Shown: positions 1-12,160 of the stretch, piece after piece
How the letters are laid out: each line of letters opens with the position of its first letter
How positions within the stretch are numbered: the first letter of the stretch is position 1
Origin: a virus
Length of the DNA: 45,380 nucleotides
Reading direction: 5' to 3' (one strand)
Virus genome (UHGV): UHGV-0107855
Translations under genes and position numbers: made by a program
The notes under the pieces: generated by a model
The model's database searches: none
Seen by the model: only the letters and a program-made list of their open reading frames with translations
Told to the model about the DNA's origin: nothing

Positions 1-2231
<2,231 letters not shown>

Positions 2232-2235
2232 TTAC

Positions 2236-4122
2236 TCACCTCACCATAGTTCCGATGGTGTATCTCTTGATAATGCCGAACAGACCGAACGCCTCGTTCA
2301 GTGCTTCATTCTTTGCGATCAGCTGCAAGGTCTTGTATTTCTTTACCTTGCTGTTAAAGGGAAGTACCTGCGGCGCATCGTTCGTGTTAAAGGTAAAACG
2401 GCTGAAATCAATATCTTCCCAATTGAAAATATCCGCGATACCCTCGCGTATCTTTCTGCCGAAATCCCTCTCTGTCCGTGCGTATACCTGCAAGGACGAA
2501 CGGGTATACGGCTTCATCATAATGCCGCTGCCGCGCTTCACCATCGTTTTATAGGTCATAAAATCGCCGTCATCGTCCGCTTTTGTGTGCCATTCTGCCG
2601 CGATTGCAGCGCCGCCGGTGATTTTGCCGTCCTCGCCCATCGTGCCGCCGTCCGAATACGCCTGCATGGTGTCTATATCCGTGTTCAGTTTGCAGATATG
2701 TCCGTCCGATGTGCCGAAATACAGGTTTCCCCTGCTTTCCATCATGCGTACCGCCGGGAAGTTGTTCCAGTAGTAGCACTCGTAAACGTAATCGCCGTAG
2801 GACTGCGGCTTGTACGCTACGTTCTGGTTTGTGTCCATAACATAGCAGTGTCCGTTTACCGCCAGCACATAATAGCCGTTCCACACCACCGCGCAGGCGT
2901 TTTCGAGATGTTCCTCTTTCGTCAGTGCCGCGTCTACATAGTAGCTGCGGTTTCGCGCTACCTGTAACGCCGTGATGTTGCTGCTCGTCAGCGCAAACAC
3001 GCCCGTTCGGCTGAGGAACACCGGTTCCTCCGGCAGATACGCAAACGCCCGTTTTGCCACTGCACCGGCACCGGCTGCGGCTCTGCGTACCGGGAACTGC
3101 ACCTTGTTTGTCGTGCTGTCGATGTTATACCCTCGGAAATAGATCGTGGTCTCCGAACGGTCGTCCGACTTGACGATTGCCTGACTGTCTGAGATTGCCG
3201 AATAGCCGATGATTGCCGAGCCGTCCGCGCCCACCTTGGTATAGGAAAGATCGGGAAAATACAGCGGATTGTTGCTCTCACACCGCCAGTCCTTGTCCTG
3301 CTCGTCAGGATTGCCTGCAAGGAACACCCTGTCCTGCGACTTGCCGCCGTAGATTGCGGCAATGGTACACTTGGTGATCTTCTCCTTGTAGCCCTCTACC
3401 GGCTTCACAAACGTAATGACCACGTTGTCCTTGCCGGTGATCGCCGGTTTGGGTGGTGCGCTCGTGAACTTCACCTGTCCCTTGGTCTTGTCCAGCGTGT
3501 ACTTGCTGCTCTCCCACACCTTGTCATCTACCTTAACCTCTGCAATGCTTTCAATGTCGGTGGTGTCCAGCTGATACGTCGTTGCCGAACCGTCCGCGCA
3601 GAACTCGTTCTTGCGCTTGTTTGACAGCAAATTCACGTCTTCAAAACTGGTTCCGCCGCCCGTCGGCTTGTTGGCAATGGTAGTAGTCGGAACGTAAGCA
3701 TCCGCTGTCGCATCCTTGACGGTTTCGCCGTCAAACACAAGGTACTCGCCGCCCGTCAGCACATACATTTTGTCGTTCAGCGTAAACGACGTGCCCTGCT
3801 TGTTAGTAAGTCCGCTTTTCAGCTCTGTCAAGGTGTTCTCCGTCCACTTGTACAGCCGTGTGCCGCCATGCACAAGAAAGTATTCCTTGCCCTTGATAAT
3901 GCCGCGATACAGACCGTTTACCGGCTTTTCGACATTCAACAGTACGCGCCATCCCTTGCGCTTTTCGGGAAAGCCGCCGCTGTCCGAAATCAGGTTTACC
4001 GTGCCGGAAGCGCCGCGCGTTGAGTCAACCTGTGTAGGGTTGCTCGACAAATCCACGCCCTTGAACTTGGAATACTCGGTCTTGTACTTTTTCGGGGAAT
4101 CGGGAATCTTGTATGTTGCCAT
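2236..4122 (-). CDS. Putative tail nozzle / DNA-stabilisation protein (podovirus tubular protein B-like)
   Basis: 628 aa, beta-rich, N-terminal FKGVDLSS..N(L)I..GFPEKRKG motif, located between adaptor and fibre. Confidence 0.6.
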   Translation of the reverse strand: MATYKIPDSPKKYKTEYSKFKGVDLSSNPTQVDSTRGASGTVNLISDSGGFPEKRKGWRVLLNVEKPVNGLYRGIIKGKEYFLVHGGTRLYKWTENTLTELKSGLTNKQGTSFTLNDKMYVLTGGEYLVFDGETVKDATADAYVPTTTIANKPTGGGTSFEDVNLLSNKRKNEFCADGSATTYQLDTTDIESIAEVKVDDKVWESSKYTLDKTKGQVKFTSAPPKPAITGKDNVVITFVKPVEGYKEKITKCTIAAIYGGKSQDRVFLAGNPDEQDKDWRCESNNPLYFPDLSYTKVGADGSAIIGYSAISDSQAIVKSDDRSETTIYFRGYNIDSTTNKVQFPVRRAAAGAGAVAKRAFAYLPEEPVFLSRTGVFALTSSNITALQVARNRSYYVDAALTKEEHLENACAVVWNGYYVLAVNGHCYVMDTNQNVAYKPQSYGDYVYECYYWNNFPAVRMMESRGNLYFGTSDGHICKLNTDIDTMQAYSDGGTMGEDGKITGGAAIAAEWHTKADDDGDFMTYKTMVKRGSGIMMKPYTRSSLQVYARTERDFGRKIREGIADIFNWEDIDFSRFTFNTNDAPQVLPFNSKVKKYKTLQLIAKNEALNEAFGLFGIIKRYTIGTMVR

Positions 4123-4743
4123 TTACACCCACCCCGTAACCGAGCGCCACGCGCCGCCGCTCGAAGTCTGCTGACGGCGAGAAGCCAGCATAGACTTTAC
4201 GTTCTCATACTCGTTCAAATACTGCGTTGCCATCGAAATGTCATCTTCCTTGAACACCTCTGCCGCGATATACAGCGGAATTGCCCGCTGTGCCTCCTCC
4301 GCAAGAGAAAAGGTCGTGTCGCCCGGCGTGTCCTCGGTGATCTCCTCGGGGTATGCCTCATACCAGATAACAAGCGTGCCTTGATACTCTGCCGGAAAAT
4401 ACAGCTCGTCCATACCGTCAAACTGATAGTCGTTCACGCGCTCAAACGTGTTGTGTTCTCCGCGAATGGTCAGCCGGTCAGGGCAGAACCGCATGAAATC
4501 CGGTGCAAGCTCCTTGAGGTGGTACAGCCGGTTGCCCTTCGCGTTATCGTCCGGCAGTTCCACCTCCACGCTCTTGTAAATCGGCATGATCTCCGCAAGG
4601 TCGATCATTGCGAACCACGCCGCGTGCGGCATTGCCCGCACATAATCCGCCACATCAGGCGAAGTCAGCGAAACCTCCGTGCCGTAGTTCAGGCGTGAGA
4701 AAATCTTATCGAGTGCAGCCTTTTGAATCTGCTCCCACGTCAT
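4123..4743 (-). CDS. Putative head-tail adaptor (tubular protein A-like)
   Basis: 206 aa directly after the capsid gene; MTWEQI start and AIPLYIAA..D..A..YLNEYE helix pattern. Confidence 0.6.
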   Translation of the reverse strand: MTWEQIQKAALDKIFSRLNYGTEVSLTSPDVADYVRAMPHAAWFAMIDLAEIMPIYKSVEVELPDDNAKGNRLYHLKELAPDFMRFCPDRLTIRGEHNTFERVNDYQFDGMDELYFPAEYQGTLVIWYEAYPEEITEDTPGDTTFSLAEEAQRAIPLYIAAEVFKEDDISMATQYLNEYENVKSMLASRRQQTSSGGAWRSVTGWV

Positions 4744-4756
4744 AAAATCACTCCTT

Positions 4757-4790
4757 AAAAAGGGAAACGGCGAGGAAAGTCCCCGCCGTA
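4757..4790 (-). terminator. Rho-independent terminator after the major capsid gene
   Basis: ACGGCGGGGA-cttt-CCTCGCCGT followed by TTCCCTTTTT on the minus strand. Confidence 0.7.
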
Positions 4791-4794
4791 GTCT

Positions 4795-5823
4795 TTACAG
4801 CAGCGCGGTTGCGTCTGCAAGGCTGTCGCCCGCAATCGCGATCGAGTTCCACTTGGCAAAGCCTGCAATGAAACGTGCGCGGCCGGTGTATACCTGAGCG
4901 CCGGTGTTCGTATCCTTGTGGCTGTCCGTAGTCAGCTTCACGCGGTCAAGGAACGGCATTGCATAGGTGTTCTGGTTTTTCTTGCTGTCGAGCAGCATGA
5001 AGTATTCCTTGCCTGCAATAGTGTTCGGCAGGTAGTTCCAAACGATGAAGTTCCAGCCGCCGTACTGGAAGTTGAAGCCGGTGCTGTTGCCCTGATCCTT
5101 AAACTCAGAGCCGACAACCTCAAACATCTTGCGCTTCATCTTGCCGCTGTTCGGAATAATGATGGTATCCGGTGCGATGGACAGCAGGTTGCCGTCGTCG
5201 TCGGTAAAGTGCTGCATTTTCTCCTGTACGGTATCCAGTACAGTAGCCATATCGTCCGACGCAGCGTAGGAGAAGCGGTTGGACTGGGTGTACTTCGGCT
5301 GGGTGATGGACTTGTGTGCCTTGTTGAACAGGGACAGCTTATCCGCCGTGGTGGTGTCGTAAGTACGCATGGTCATGTTCTTGTTGCCGAACGACATAGA
5401 AGCGTTCAGACCGCCCAGAAGGGTAGCCGCCGCGTACTGCTCACGGGTACGGGCATAGGACAGACCGAAGTCACGCGCAGCGGAAATGATATCCTTCTGC
5501 TTGTTGTCCTCCATGAACTCCTCGGTTACCGCAAAGCTGTTCTTCCAGGTTGCAGGTTCCAGGAACTTTGCATAGCTCTCCTGTCGGGAGTTGGTCGGGT
5601 ATGCGCCGTTCTCGCCTACGTCCTCAAAGTTGCCGAGTGCGGTCATGCCGCCGTACTTCTCGCCGTAGTTGCTCGTGGTGTCCATGCAGAAAATCTTGCT
5701 GATCTGCGAAGTCTGCTCGAAGTCCTCAACCTCGTGCTCGATAATTGCCTTAATAGGCGCTTCGGACTTGCCAAACAGAGAATCGACAAGACCGGAGCCC
5801 TTAGAAATGATATTGCCTGCCAT
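4795..5823 (-). CDS. Major capsid protein (HK97 fold, Mu gpT-like)
   Basis: 342 aa after scaffold and decoration genes; TTADKLSLFNKAH and PDTIIIP motifs; strong RBS (aaggaggt). Confidence 0.85.
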   Translation of the reverse strand: MAGNIISKGSGLVDSLFGKSEAPIKAIIEHEVEDFEQTSQISKIFCMDTTSNYGEKYGGMTALGNFEDVGENGAYPTNSRQESYAKFLEPATWKNSFAVTEEFMEDNKQKDIISAARDFGLSYARTREQYAAATLLGGLNASMSFGNKNMTMRTYDTTTADKLSLFNKAHKSITQPKYTQSNRFSYAASDDMATVLDTVQEKMQHFTDDDGNLLSIAPDTIIIPNSGKMKRKMFEVVGSEFKDQGNSTGFNFQYGGWNFIVWNYLPNTIAGKEYFMLLDSKKNQNTYAMPFLDRVKLTTDSHKDTNTGAQVYTGRARFIAGFAKWNSIAIAGDSLADATALL

Positions 5824-5843
5824 GATATAGTTACCTCCTTAGG

Positions 5844-6233
5844 TTAGGCTGCCGGGGTTACGAAAACGCCGCGTACAGTGGAATTGGTGGTTGCGCCGTC
5901 GGTGTCCAGAATCTTGAACACGCCGGAAGTGGTGGTTGCGGTAACGCCCAGCGCGTCAGGGCTCAGAGTAACCGCAGAACCAACCACAGTTGCCGCAACG
6001 GTCGCAGTGGACACGGTTTCAAAGATGGTGTTTTCGGTTACTTCGATGGCCGGGTAAGTGCCGTCTGCGCGCTGCGGACCCATGACAATGTGGGTCGGCT
6101 TGGTAGTAGCCGCGCACTTAGCCAGTGCGCCGCCGGTCAGATTTGCCGCCATGCCGAGAGAAAGACCGGCTGCACCCTTGGGGTATACAAACGGCTCCAC
6201 ATCGCCTACGCGGCTGTATGCCTTGATAAACAT
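5844..6233 (-). CDS. Capsid decoration / cement protein
   Basis: 129 aa, Ala/Thr/Val-rich beta protein between scaffold and capsid genes. Confidence 0.6.
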   Translation of the reverse strand: MFIKAYSRVGDVEPFVYPKGAAGLSLGMAANLTGGALAKCAATTKPTHIVMGPQRADGTYPAIEVTENTIFETVSTATVAATVVGSAVTLSPDALGVTATTTSGVFKILDTDGATTNSTVRGVFVTPAA

Positions 6234-6247
6234 AGAAACTCTCCTTT

Positions 6248-7063
6248 TCAGATACGTTTTTTGTAGTCAGCAATAATCTGCTGCTTTGTCCAGTTGGGGA
6301 ATGCTGCGCGGTACCACTGCATTGTCGTGTCATCCACAACAACATCATCACCGCCCGCATTGCCTGCTGTGGTGGTCAGATGGCTCTTGCCGTTGACGTT
6401 GTTCATGGCCTGCTGCTTTGCCGCTGCTGCGCGCTTGCCGGTCAGCTGATCAAAGTTTGCAAGGCGGAACGCATCAACGAGCGAATAGCCTCTGTTGACG
6501 TACTCGTTAAAAACGGGTGCGTTCGGGTGGTTTGCCAGTGCAGCAACGTCTGTAATGGACGGGTCAAGGTGGGAAATCTCCTTGATTGCCTCGTTCATCT
6601 GCCGCTCGCCCTCCTCCATCTGTACACGGTCAAGCACTTCCTGCGCCTGTCGTACAGTGGGGTTGTTTGCAATCATCTGATCGAGCATGGACGGGTCAAT
6701 CCCTGCCTGCTGCATCTGGTCACGCTGATATGCCTGCTGATACGCCTGCAAATCAGATTCCGAGGTGATCGGTTTGTTGGTGTACGGGTCAAGCTGACCC
6801 TCGTACATCTGCCGGATGACCTCATCCTTTGCCGCCTGACGCTCCTGCTGAATGCGCTCGTTAAACTGCGCTTCCGCTCTGCGTCTTGCAGCGGCAAATC
6901 GTGCGTTATCTTCCGCGCTCTGTACTCCCTCGGGTGCAGCTTCGGCGGTCTGCTGCTCGTTTTCGCCTGTTTCCTCGGGTCCGATGGACGCAGGTTCGGC
7001 GGTTTCCTGCTCGTTTACGCCTGCCTCGGTGGTTTCCACTTCGGTTTCCATAATTTCTTCCAT
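6248..7063 (-). CDS. Capsid scaffolding protein
   Basis: Acidic N-terminus, coiled coil, basic C-terminal tip; RBS ggaaagg before ATG 7063. Confidence 0.75.
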   Translation of the reverse strand: MEEIMETEVETTEAGVNEQETAEPASIGPEETGENEQQTAEAAPEGVQSAEDNARFAAARRRAEAQFNERIQQERQAAKDEVIRQMYEGQLDPYTNKPITSESDLQAYQQAYQRDQMQQAGIDPSMLDQMIANNPTVRQAQEVLDRVQMEEGERQMNEAIKEISHLDPSITDVAALANHPNAPVFNEYVNRGYSLVDAFRLANFDQLTGKRAAAAKQQAMNNVNGKSHLTTTAGNAGGDDVVVDDTTMQWYRAAFPNWTKQQIIADYKKRI

Positions 7064-7113
7064 TTGGGTATTCCTTTCCGGATTTTTACGCTGTTCCATG
7101 CGATTTTGGGCAT

Positions 7114-7140
7114 AAAAAAACCGCCCTTTCGGACGGTTCC
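7114..7140 (-). terminator. Terminator-like hairpin between the small genes and the scaffold gene
   Basis: AACCGTCC-gaaa-GGGCGGTT followed by a T run. Confidence 0.65.
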
Positions 7141-7151
7141 GCTATTCCCTT

Positions 7152-7292
7152 TTACTTGCCGCTCTTAGAGGAGCGCAGATCGCCGCCGGTCTTAACGGAC
7201 GGCTTCTTGCCGGAAGTCTGGGTAAATACCGCCTTAACCTCCATGCTGCCGGTGTTCTTGATCTTACCGGCGTAACCGCTCTTATTTGCCAT
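7152..7292 (-). CDS. Small basic virion-associated protein (46 aa)
   Basis: MANKSGYAGKIKNTGSMEVKAVFTQTSGKKPSVKTGGDLRSSKSGK; RBS aaggaggtg. Below the ORF-track cutoff. Confidence 0.7.
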   Translation of the reverse strand: MANKSGYAGKIKNTGSMEVKAVFTQTSGKKPSVKTGGDLRSSKSGK

Positions 7293-7293
7293 G

Positions 7294-7413
7294 CTATTTC
7301 ACCTCCTTTACTATCTGCTTATAGTTCGAACACTGCGGATTTTTGCAGATAAGCACGAGCTTACCGTCTACAGTGTCGGTCTTGGTGTCGATTTTACATA
7401 CCGGACATACCAT
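7294..7413 (-). CDS. Small zinc-ribbon protein (39 aa)
   Basis: MVCPVCK..LICKNPQCSNY; overlaps the portal stop; RBS ggagggagg. Confidence 0.65.
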   Translation of the reverse strand: MVCPVCKIDTKTDTVDGKLVLICKNPQCSNYKQIVKEVK

Positions 7414-9331
7414 AACTGTCGCCTCCCTCCTGATAACTCGGCATTGTCTCCGGGCTGACGTAGCCAGACTGCGTAATATCGGGAATGCCGTCTGTATTTG
7501 TTGCCATCGGCTGCATCATTGCCTGCTGCTGTGCCAACATCTGCTGCTGCTCTAAGCGCTCTGTAAGCTGCTGCTTGACTTCGCTTGCCAGCGGGTAATG
7601 CAGTCCTTCCATGATCGTCCAGAACGTCAAGAGACTCTGCATATCGGTCGGGTCGCCAAAGCAGCCGTTTTCGAGATTCATTCTCGCCTCCTGCCAGAGG
7701 TTTTCACGGTTGCCTGCAAGCGGCGCGGTCTGGTCGACACTGAACAGAAATTCATCATTCCAGTACGGTTCGCCCGCCTCGTCCACTTTGAGAAAGTCCA
7801 TCTTGTTGAACACGCCATACATCTGCGTGCCGTTGGTGTCCTTATATACCATCGGGCGCGGCTCGTCCGAGTACGCCAGCAGGAACTTGAACATAACCTC
7901 GAACAGGTCAGCGTAAGCGGCGTTCTTCATGACCTTGCGGCTTTCCAGTCGTCCGGCAGTCTGTGCCGCCGCGAACTGCTTCGCCGTGCCGGAGGTTGCG
8001 GTGCTGTCCTTGCGTCCCTGAAAGCTGTCCGTAATGCCGATCAGGTTACGCATTGCGGTATAAGTGCTGTCCTCAAACGCCATATCGCGGGAAATGTCCG
8101 GCTGCAGGGTAAGAACATCGAGCATCGCCTTTTCGCTTGCATCCTCTATCTCAAGGATTTTGAAATTCTCGTCCGTGCGTCTAATCTGCTTGCCCTTTGG
8201 CAGGGTGATAACCGAGCCGCCGCCCAGCAGCTTTTGCGAAATTGCGCTGTCGAGCTTGTTTACAAGCATCTGCTGATCCCGCACCATATCCACATCAGAC
8301 GAGCCGAGCAGCTTGCCGATTACCGACACATTGCGCCGCAGTACCACCGGATACACGTCCGGCTTGTAGTACGGTATCATATCGTTTTCTTCGTGCTGTG
8401 TAACGGTTGGGTTGCCCATCTCATCAAGGCTGATATCCTCTACGATCTTTGTCATCGGAATACCGTTCTCATCCGTCCTTGCGAAGTCCTTGACGGTTTT
8501 CTGTTCGCCGCTCTTACTGCCGCAGTACGGGCAGGTATCGCCCTGCATATCCGCGCCGCACTTGCTGCAAGCCTTAATGCGCCGCGCCTGATAGTCCTCC
8601 ATGTACTCCAGCAGTACGTCATTGCACCACGCCACGCGCCCAATGCCGCCGTCAGCGTTCCGGAAATATCCGATATTCTCCGTCACCAGATCATCTACTA
8701 CGCTCTGTTCAAAGCCGCGTGCGTCCGGCTGCTCCTCGTCCTCAGCGGATACATCCTTGCCGTACTTCTTCTTGATGTACTCCTTGCTCTGTGCGAGCTG
8801 AATGAAGAAGTAATCCATCTCCGGGATACTGTAAACGCCCGGCTGTGGGATAAACTGCTTGGGATGCAGCAGCGTAACACTCAGCGCGCCGCGTGTCGTG
8901 TGCGTCCGCTTGGTGTTGTCCCACTCGACTAAAAACAAATCGCCGCCGTGCGTCGGTGTGGTGCGTTCGTCCTGATCGTTCAGCCGCTCAAACGGCAGGC
9001 GATCCAGCTCATTGCGAATATAATCCTCAATGGTTTTCGCAAGCTGTTCGTCCTCCTCGTGTCGCGGTGTAACCTTGGGCGTGGGAATATCGCTCGATAC
9101 TTCCGCCTCGATGATTTCCGCTACCACGTTCCGCGCCACTACTGCATCTTGCGCTTCCTGCGTCTTGCCGTGCACCTTGTCGATCTTATGCGTTCCCCGG
9201 TAGATTTCTTCCCGTTCTACCATCAGATTAAGCTCCGGCTGGTACTTGCTCCGCGCCTTGCTTAGCCTGTCCTGCCACTTCTTCAAAATCTGTTCGTCAC
9301 TTTTCCCCGTTTTATCAAACGGATTTTGCAT
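7394..9331 (-). CDS. Portal protein
   Basis: 645 aa directly after terL; helical, SGTAKQFAAAQTAGRL clip-like segment, Gln-rich C-terminal tail, internal CxxC..CPYC insert. Confidence 0.85.
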   Translation of the reverse strand: MQNPFDKTGKSDEQILKKWQDRLSKARSKYQPELNLMVEREEIYRGTHKIDKVHGKTQEAQDAVVARNVVAEIIEAEVSSDIPTPKVTPRHEEDEQLAKTIEDYIRNELDRLPFERLNDQDERTTPTHGGDLFLVEWDNTKRTHTTRGALSVTLLHPKQFIPQPGVYSIPEMDYFFIQLAQSKEYIKKKYGKDVSAEDEEQPDARGFEQSVVDDLVTENIGYFRNADGGIGRVAWCNDVLLEYMEDYQARRIKACSKCGADMQGDTCPYCGSKSGEQKTVKDFARTDENGIPMTKIVEDISLDEMGNPTVTQHEENDMIPYYKPDVYPVVLRRNVSVIGKLLGSSDVDMVRDQQMLVNKLDSAISQKLLGGGSVITLPKGKQIRRTDENFKILEIEDASEKAMLDVLTLQPDISRDMAFEDSTYTAMRNLIGITDSFQGRKDSTATSGTAKQFAAAQTAGRLESRKVMKNAAYADLFEVMFKFLLAYSDEPRPMVYKDTNGTQMYGVFNKMDFLKVDEAGEPYWNDEFLFSVDQTAPLAGNRENLWQEARMNLENGCFGDPTDMQSLLTFWTIMEGLHYPLASEVKQQLTERLEQQQMLAQQQAMMQPMATNTDGIPDITQSGYVSPETMPSYQEGGDSYGMSGM

Positions 9332-9346
9332 TTTATCACCTCATTT

Positions 9347-10852
9347 TCAAAACGGATTGCCCCATTTAGATAATAAGTACTCCTTGCCGCTCTTGTCGGC
9401 ATTGTAGTAATCCTCGTACATGTCATCCGTCCACTTCGCCCGCTTGCCTCGCGGCTTATCCTCGGTGTAGCTCTGCTGTGTGCGTGCATAGTAGGCGATA
9501 GCCAGCGCCATAACGCAGTCGTCGTGCGCGCCCTGCTCCGCTTCTGCTCTGCCCTTTTCATTTCTTACAAACGTCAGCATTTCGCCGAGCGTGTCCGCGT
9601 CGTTCAGCAGCTCCACGCTCTCGCGCACCACCTCAACCAGTCCGGCGATAATAACCGGCCTCGTAACGCTTGTGGTTTTGAAGCCGTAGCTGTCGCGGGG
9701 TCTGTGGGTGTAGTTGTCCTCAGTCTGCCGGACGTACTGCCGTGGATACCTGAGCCGTTGCAGCTCCTTGATGGGGTAACTGCTGTAATTGGCCTCTATC
9801 GCAATCAGCGCGGTATTGTAGTAGATACCCAGACAATACATCTGTGCCGCGTATACGTCCTCGTCGAACTGATGCCGCAGCGTGCAGACCTGCCGCCCTG
9901 TGGTGTTGTCGAGCACTTGCCCCACAAACCAGTCTGAGCCCTCGCCGGACGTATCCCCGCCGATCACATACGGCACGCCCTCGCGCCTGTCCTGGTAGAC
10001 CGTGATGTATCCGTCGTCAGCGTCCACCCAGCGGATAGACTTATCATCGATCCGCACCTGATTAGATACCGCGTCAAACCGTGTCGAGTATGCAAAGTAC
10101 CCACGCTTAGCCGGTTCCCTCAGCTCTGCCAGCCTGCCGTTTACCTTGGCAGCGTCAAAGATCGTCTTGCCGATAACGCCCCACTGCCCCAGACAATACA
10201 CCTGATAATAATAAGGGTCGCTGTCCTTGTACCCCTCAAGCGTCCGCTTGTAGTCCTCGTCAAGCCATGCATTGTCCTTGTACGTCGTCTTAAGTGTCAC
10301 CGCCCGCTCATCCTTGCGGTCAAAGAACCGCCTTTTGAGCCAGTGCAAGACGTTAATCGGGTTAAAGCTAAGCGTTATCTGTCCGTGTATCCGCTTACCG
10401 CGCAGACGTATGTCAAGCTGGTTGAAATCAGCCTCGGCAATCTCGCTTGCCTCCTCAATCCATATGTCGGTGAGTTCTCCCTTGGGAAATGTAACAGACT
10501 TGATCTTCTCCGGGTCGTCGAGCCCCTTAAAAATACAGGCGTTGCCGGTAAGCCTGCATACAATCTTAAGGTCGGTAACGTCAAACAGGCTATGCAGCCC
10601 CCAGCCGTTAATGACCTGCTGCAGCAGCGCAAACGTAGACGTTCGGTTAGTGTCGCCAACCTTGCGGATCACAAGCACATTGCACAGCGGCTTGCTCATC
10701 ATACGGTAGATGATCCGCTGACCGACAAACACCGACTTACCAGAGCCAGCGCCGCCATACAGCACAATATAACGGTGCTCGTCATCGTCCAGCAGTGGCA
10801 GATAAGCCGCATTAAACGCCCGCTTGGGAATATTAACTTGCACCCGCCGCAC
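9347..10852 (-). CDS. terL: Terminase large subunit (PBSX-like)
   Basis: Walker A YGGAGSGKS, Walker B IWIEEASE, SFNP motif, C-terminal nuclease GGDTS..HDDCVMALAIA. Confidence 0.95.
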   Translation of the reverse strand: MRRVQVNIPKRAFNAAYLPLLDDDEHRYIVLYGGAGSGKSVFVGQRIIYRMMSKPLCNVLVIRKVGDTNRTSTFALLQQVINGWGLHSLFDVTDLKIVCRLTGNACIFKGLDDPEKIKSVTFPKGELTDIWIEEASEIAEADFNQLDIRLRGKRIHGQITLSFNPINVLHWLKRRFFDRKDERAVTLKTTYKDNAWLDEDYKRTLEGYKDSDPYYYQVYCLGQWGVIGKTIFDAAKVNGRLAELREPAKRGYFAYSTRFDAVSNQVRIDDKSIRWVDADDGYITVYQDRREGVPYVIGGDTSGEGSDWFVGQVLDNTTGRQVCTLRHQFDEDVYAAQMYCLGIYYNTALIAIEANYSSYPIKELQRLRYPRQYVRQTEDNYTHRPRDSYGFKTTSVTRPVIIAGLVEVVRESVELLNDADTLGEMLTFVRNEKGRAEAEQGAHDDCVMALAIAYYARTQQSYTEDKPRGKRAKWTDDMYEDYYNADKSGKEYLLSKWGNPF

Positions 10853-11039
10853 CTCCTAATTGTACAAAATGCGTGTTTTGCATAATAAGCAACGCCGTCC
10901 GTCTCGCTCTCCGGTATTTACCCCGAGTTTTCCGGCACTCAGCCCCGCAAAAACCCTTGATTTTGCAAGTCGTAAAGTCCAATCCTGCAAATCAGGGCAA
11001 AAAAACAGACCTGCACCGCTGTTACGCGGCTGCAAGTCC

Positions 11040-11420
11040 TCAATCTGTATCTGTCATATCGTCATCATCGAGCAGCTTAACCGTGATCGTCTGCGCTCCT
11101 ACGATTTCCCGACGTTCGATAAACGCGCCGATACTCCGTGCGCGCAGCTCAGACGCTTTCAGGCGGTCTTTTATGTCCGCCTTATCATTACGCATGGTAT
11201 CGCTCCAAAACGCGTTAATCTCCGCCATATCCGCCACACGGGCACGATCTAACAGCTCGTCGCGGTCTGATACGTATTTGCTTAGTTTTGCTAAGTTTTG
11301 CGCGCCTATCGTGTGGTGATTATCTCCCTTGTAACCGGCAAGCCGTGCCGCCTCTGTAGCTGTCTTGCCTTGCTTGTAATAATCAATCCATGCCCGCTGT
11401 TTTGCGGTCAGCTTGTCCAT
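11040..11420 (-). CDS. terS: Terminase small subunit
   Basis: LTAKQRAWIDYY..TATEAARLAGY HTH and DRLKASELRAR motif; upstream of terL. Confidence 0.9.
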   Translation of the reverse strand: MDKLTAKQRAWIDYYKQGKTATEAARLAGYKGDNHHTIGAQNLAKLSKYVSDRDELLDRARVADMAEINAFWSDTMRNDKADIKDRLKASELRARSIGAFIERREIVGAQTITVKLLDDDDMTDTD

Positions 11421-11448
11421 AATGTCACCCCTTACTATATATAGACAC

Positions 11449-11483
11449 AAAAAAGCCGCCCCGGTTACTTGGAGCGGCTTTTG
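11449..11483. terminator. Terminator after the RHH gene (probably bidirectional)
   Basis: aaaaaaGCCGC-C-CCgg..ttGGAGCGGCtttt, flanked by A and T runs. Confidence 0.7.
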
Positions 11484-11498
11484 TCTGCCTACAATATG

Positions 11499-11687
11499 TT
11501 ACTTGTTCATATACTCGCGCACTGCCTGCAAGATATACGCCTGTACGCTTTTACCCGCATCGGCTGCTGCCTGCCTGATCTGCGTACCGTCTGCCTTGCT
11601 GGGTCTCAGCATAATAGCGTCTCTTGTCTTCTGGTATTCTTTGACGGCTTTTTTCTGCGCGTCCGTGCCCTTGTAATCTCCTGCCAT
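11499..11687 (-). CDS. Ribbon-helix-helix / Arc-CopG-like repressor (62 aa)
   Basis: AQKKAVKEYQK..IMLR..IRQAAADAGKSVQAYILQAVREYM; RBS ggaggg. Confidence 0.8.
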   Translation of the reverse strand: MAGDYKGTDAQKKAVKEYQKTRDAIMLRPSKADGTQIRQAAADAGKSVQAYILQAVREYMNK

Positions 11688-11738
11688 GTGTTCCCCTCCA
11701 TATCTTATATAGATACAAACAGTATAACACATATCGCT

Positions 11739-11827
11739 TATGAGTGTACTCACAAATATCACTAAATTTATGAGTTAACTTTTGTGCATCATTCACCGTT
11801 GACTTATGAGTTAACTCATAGTACAAT
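11739..11827 (+). promoter_or_regulatory. Sigma70/A promoter with palindromic operators
   Basis: TTGACT(11799)-17 bp-TACAAT(11822). The perfect palindrome TATGAGTTAACTCATA (11805-11820) fills the spacer; degenerate copies at 11739-11754 and 11769-11780. Confidence 0.85.
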
Positions 11828-11880
11828 GTAATCACAGCAAGGAAAACACAAACACCGAAAACAAAATGGAGGCACACACC

Positions 11881-12114
11881 ATGAACACCAATTACCCAAT
11901 CCTCACCAAGCAGAACGCAGTCATCGGCAACAAGTACGCATCCGCAGGCGATGGTTATATCACCCTTAATCGTATCTACCGCATCACCGAGCAGCAAGCC
12001 GCCGAAAACTGGCTTTCCTGTCTCGATCGTTACGAGGCCGTCACTAACAAAGGCGATACTCTCAACGCTGCATTCCCTGATAGCGACCTATTCGACTTTA
12101 ACCGCTGGAACTAA
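11881..12114 (+). CDS. Hypothetical small protein
   Basis: RBS ggagg before ATG 11881; first gene after the operator-controlled promoter. Confidence 0.7.
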   Translation: MNTNYPILTKQNAVIGNKYASAGDGYITLNRIYRITEQQAAENWLSCLDRYEAVTNKGDTLNAAFPDSDLFDFNRWN

Positions 12115-12160
12115 CCACCACCCCGCCCCGGAGGTAACGAGGGCAGAAAGGAAAACCATC

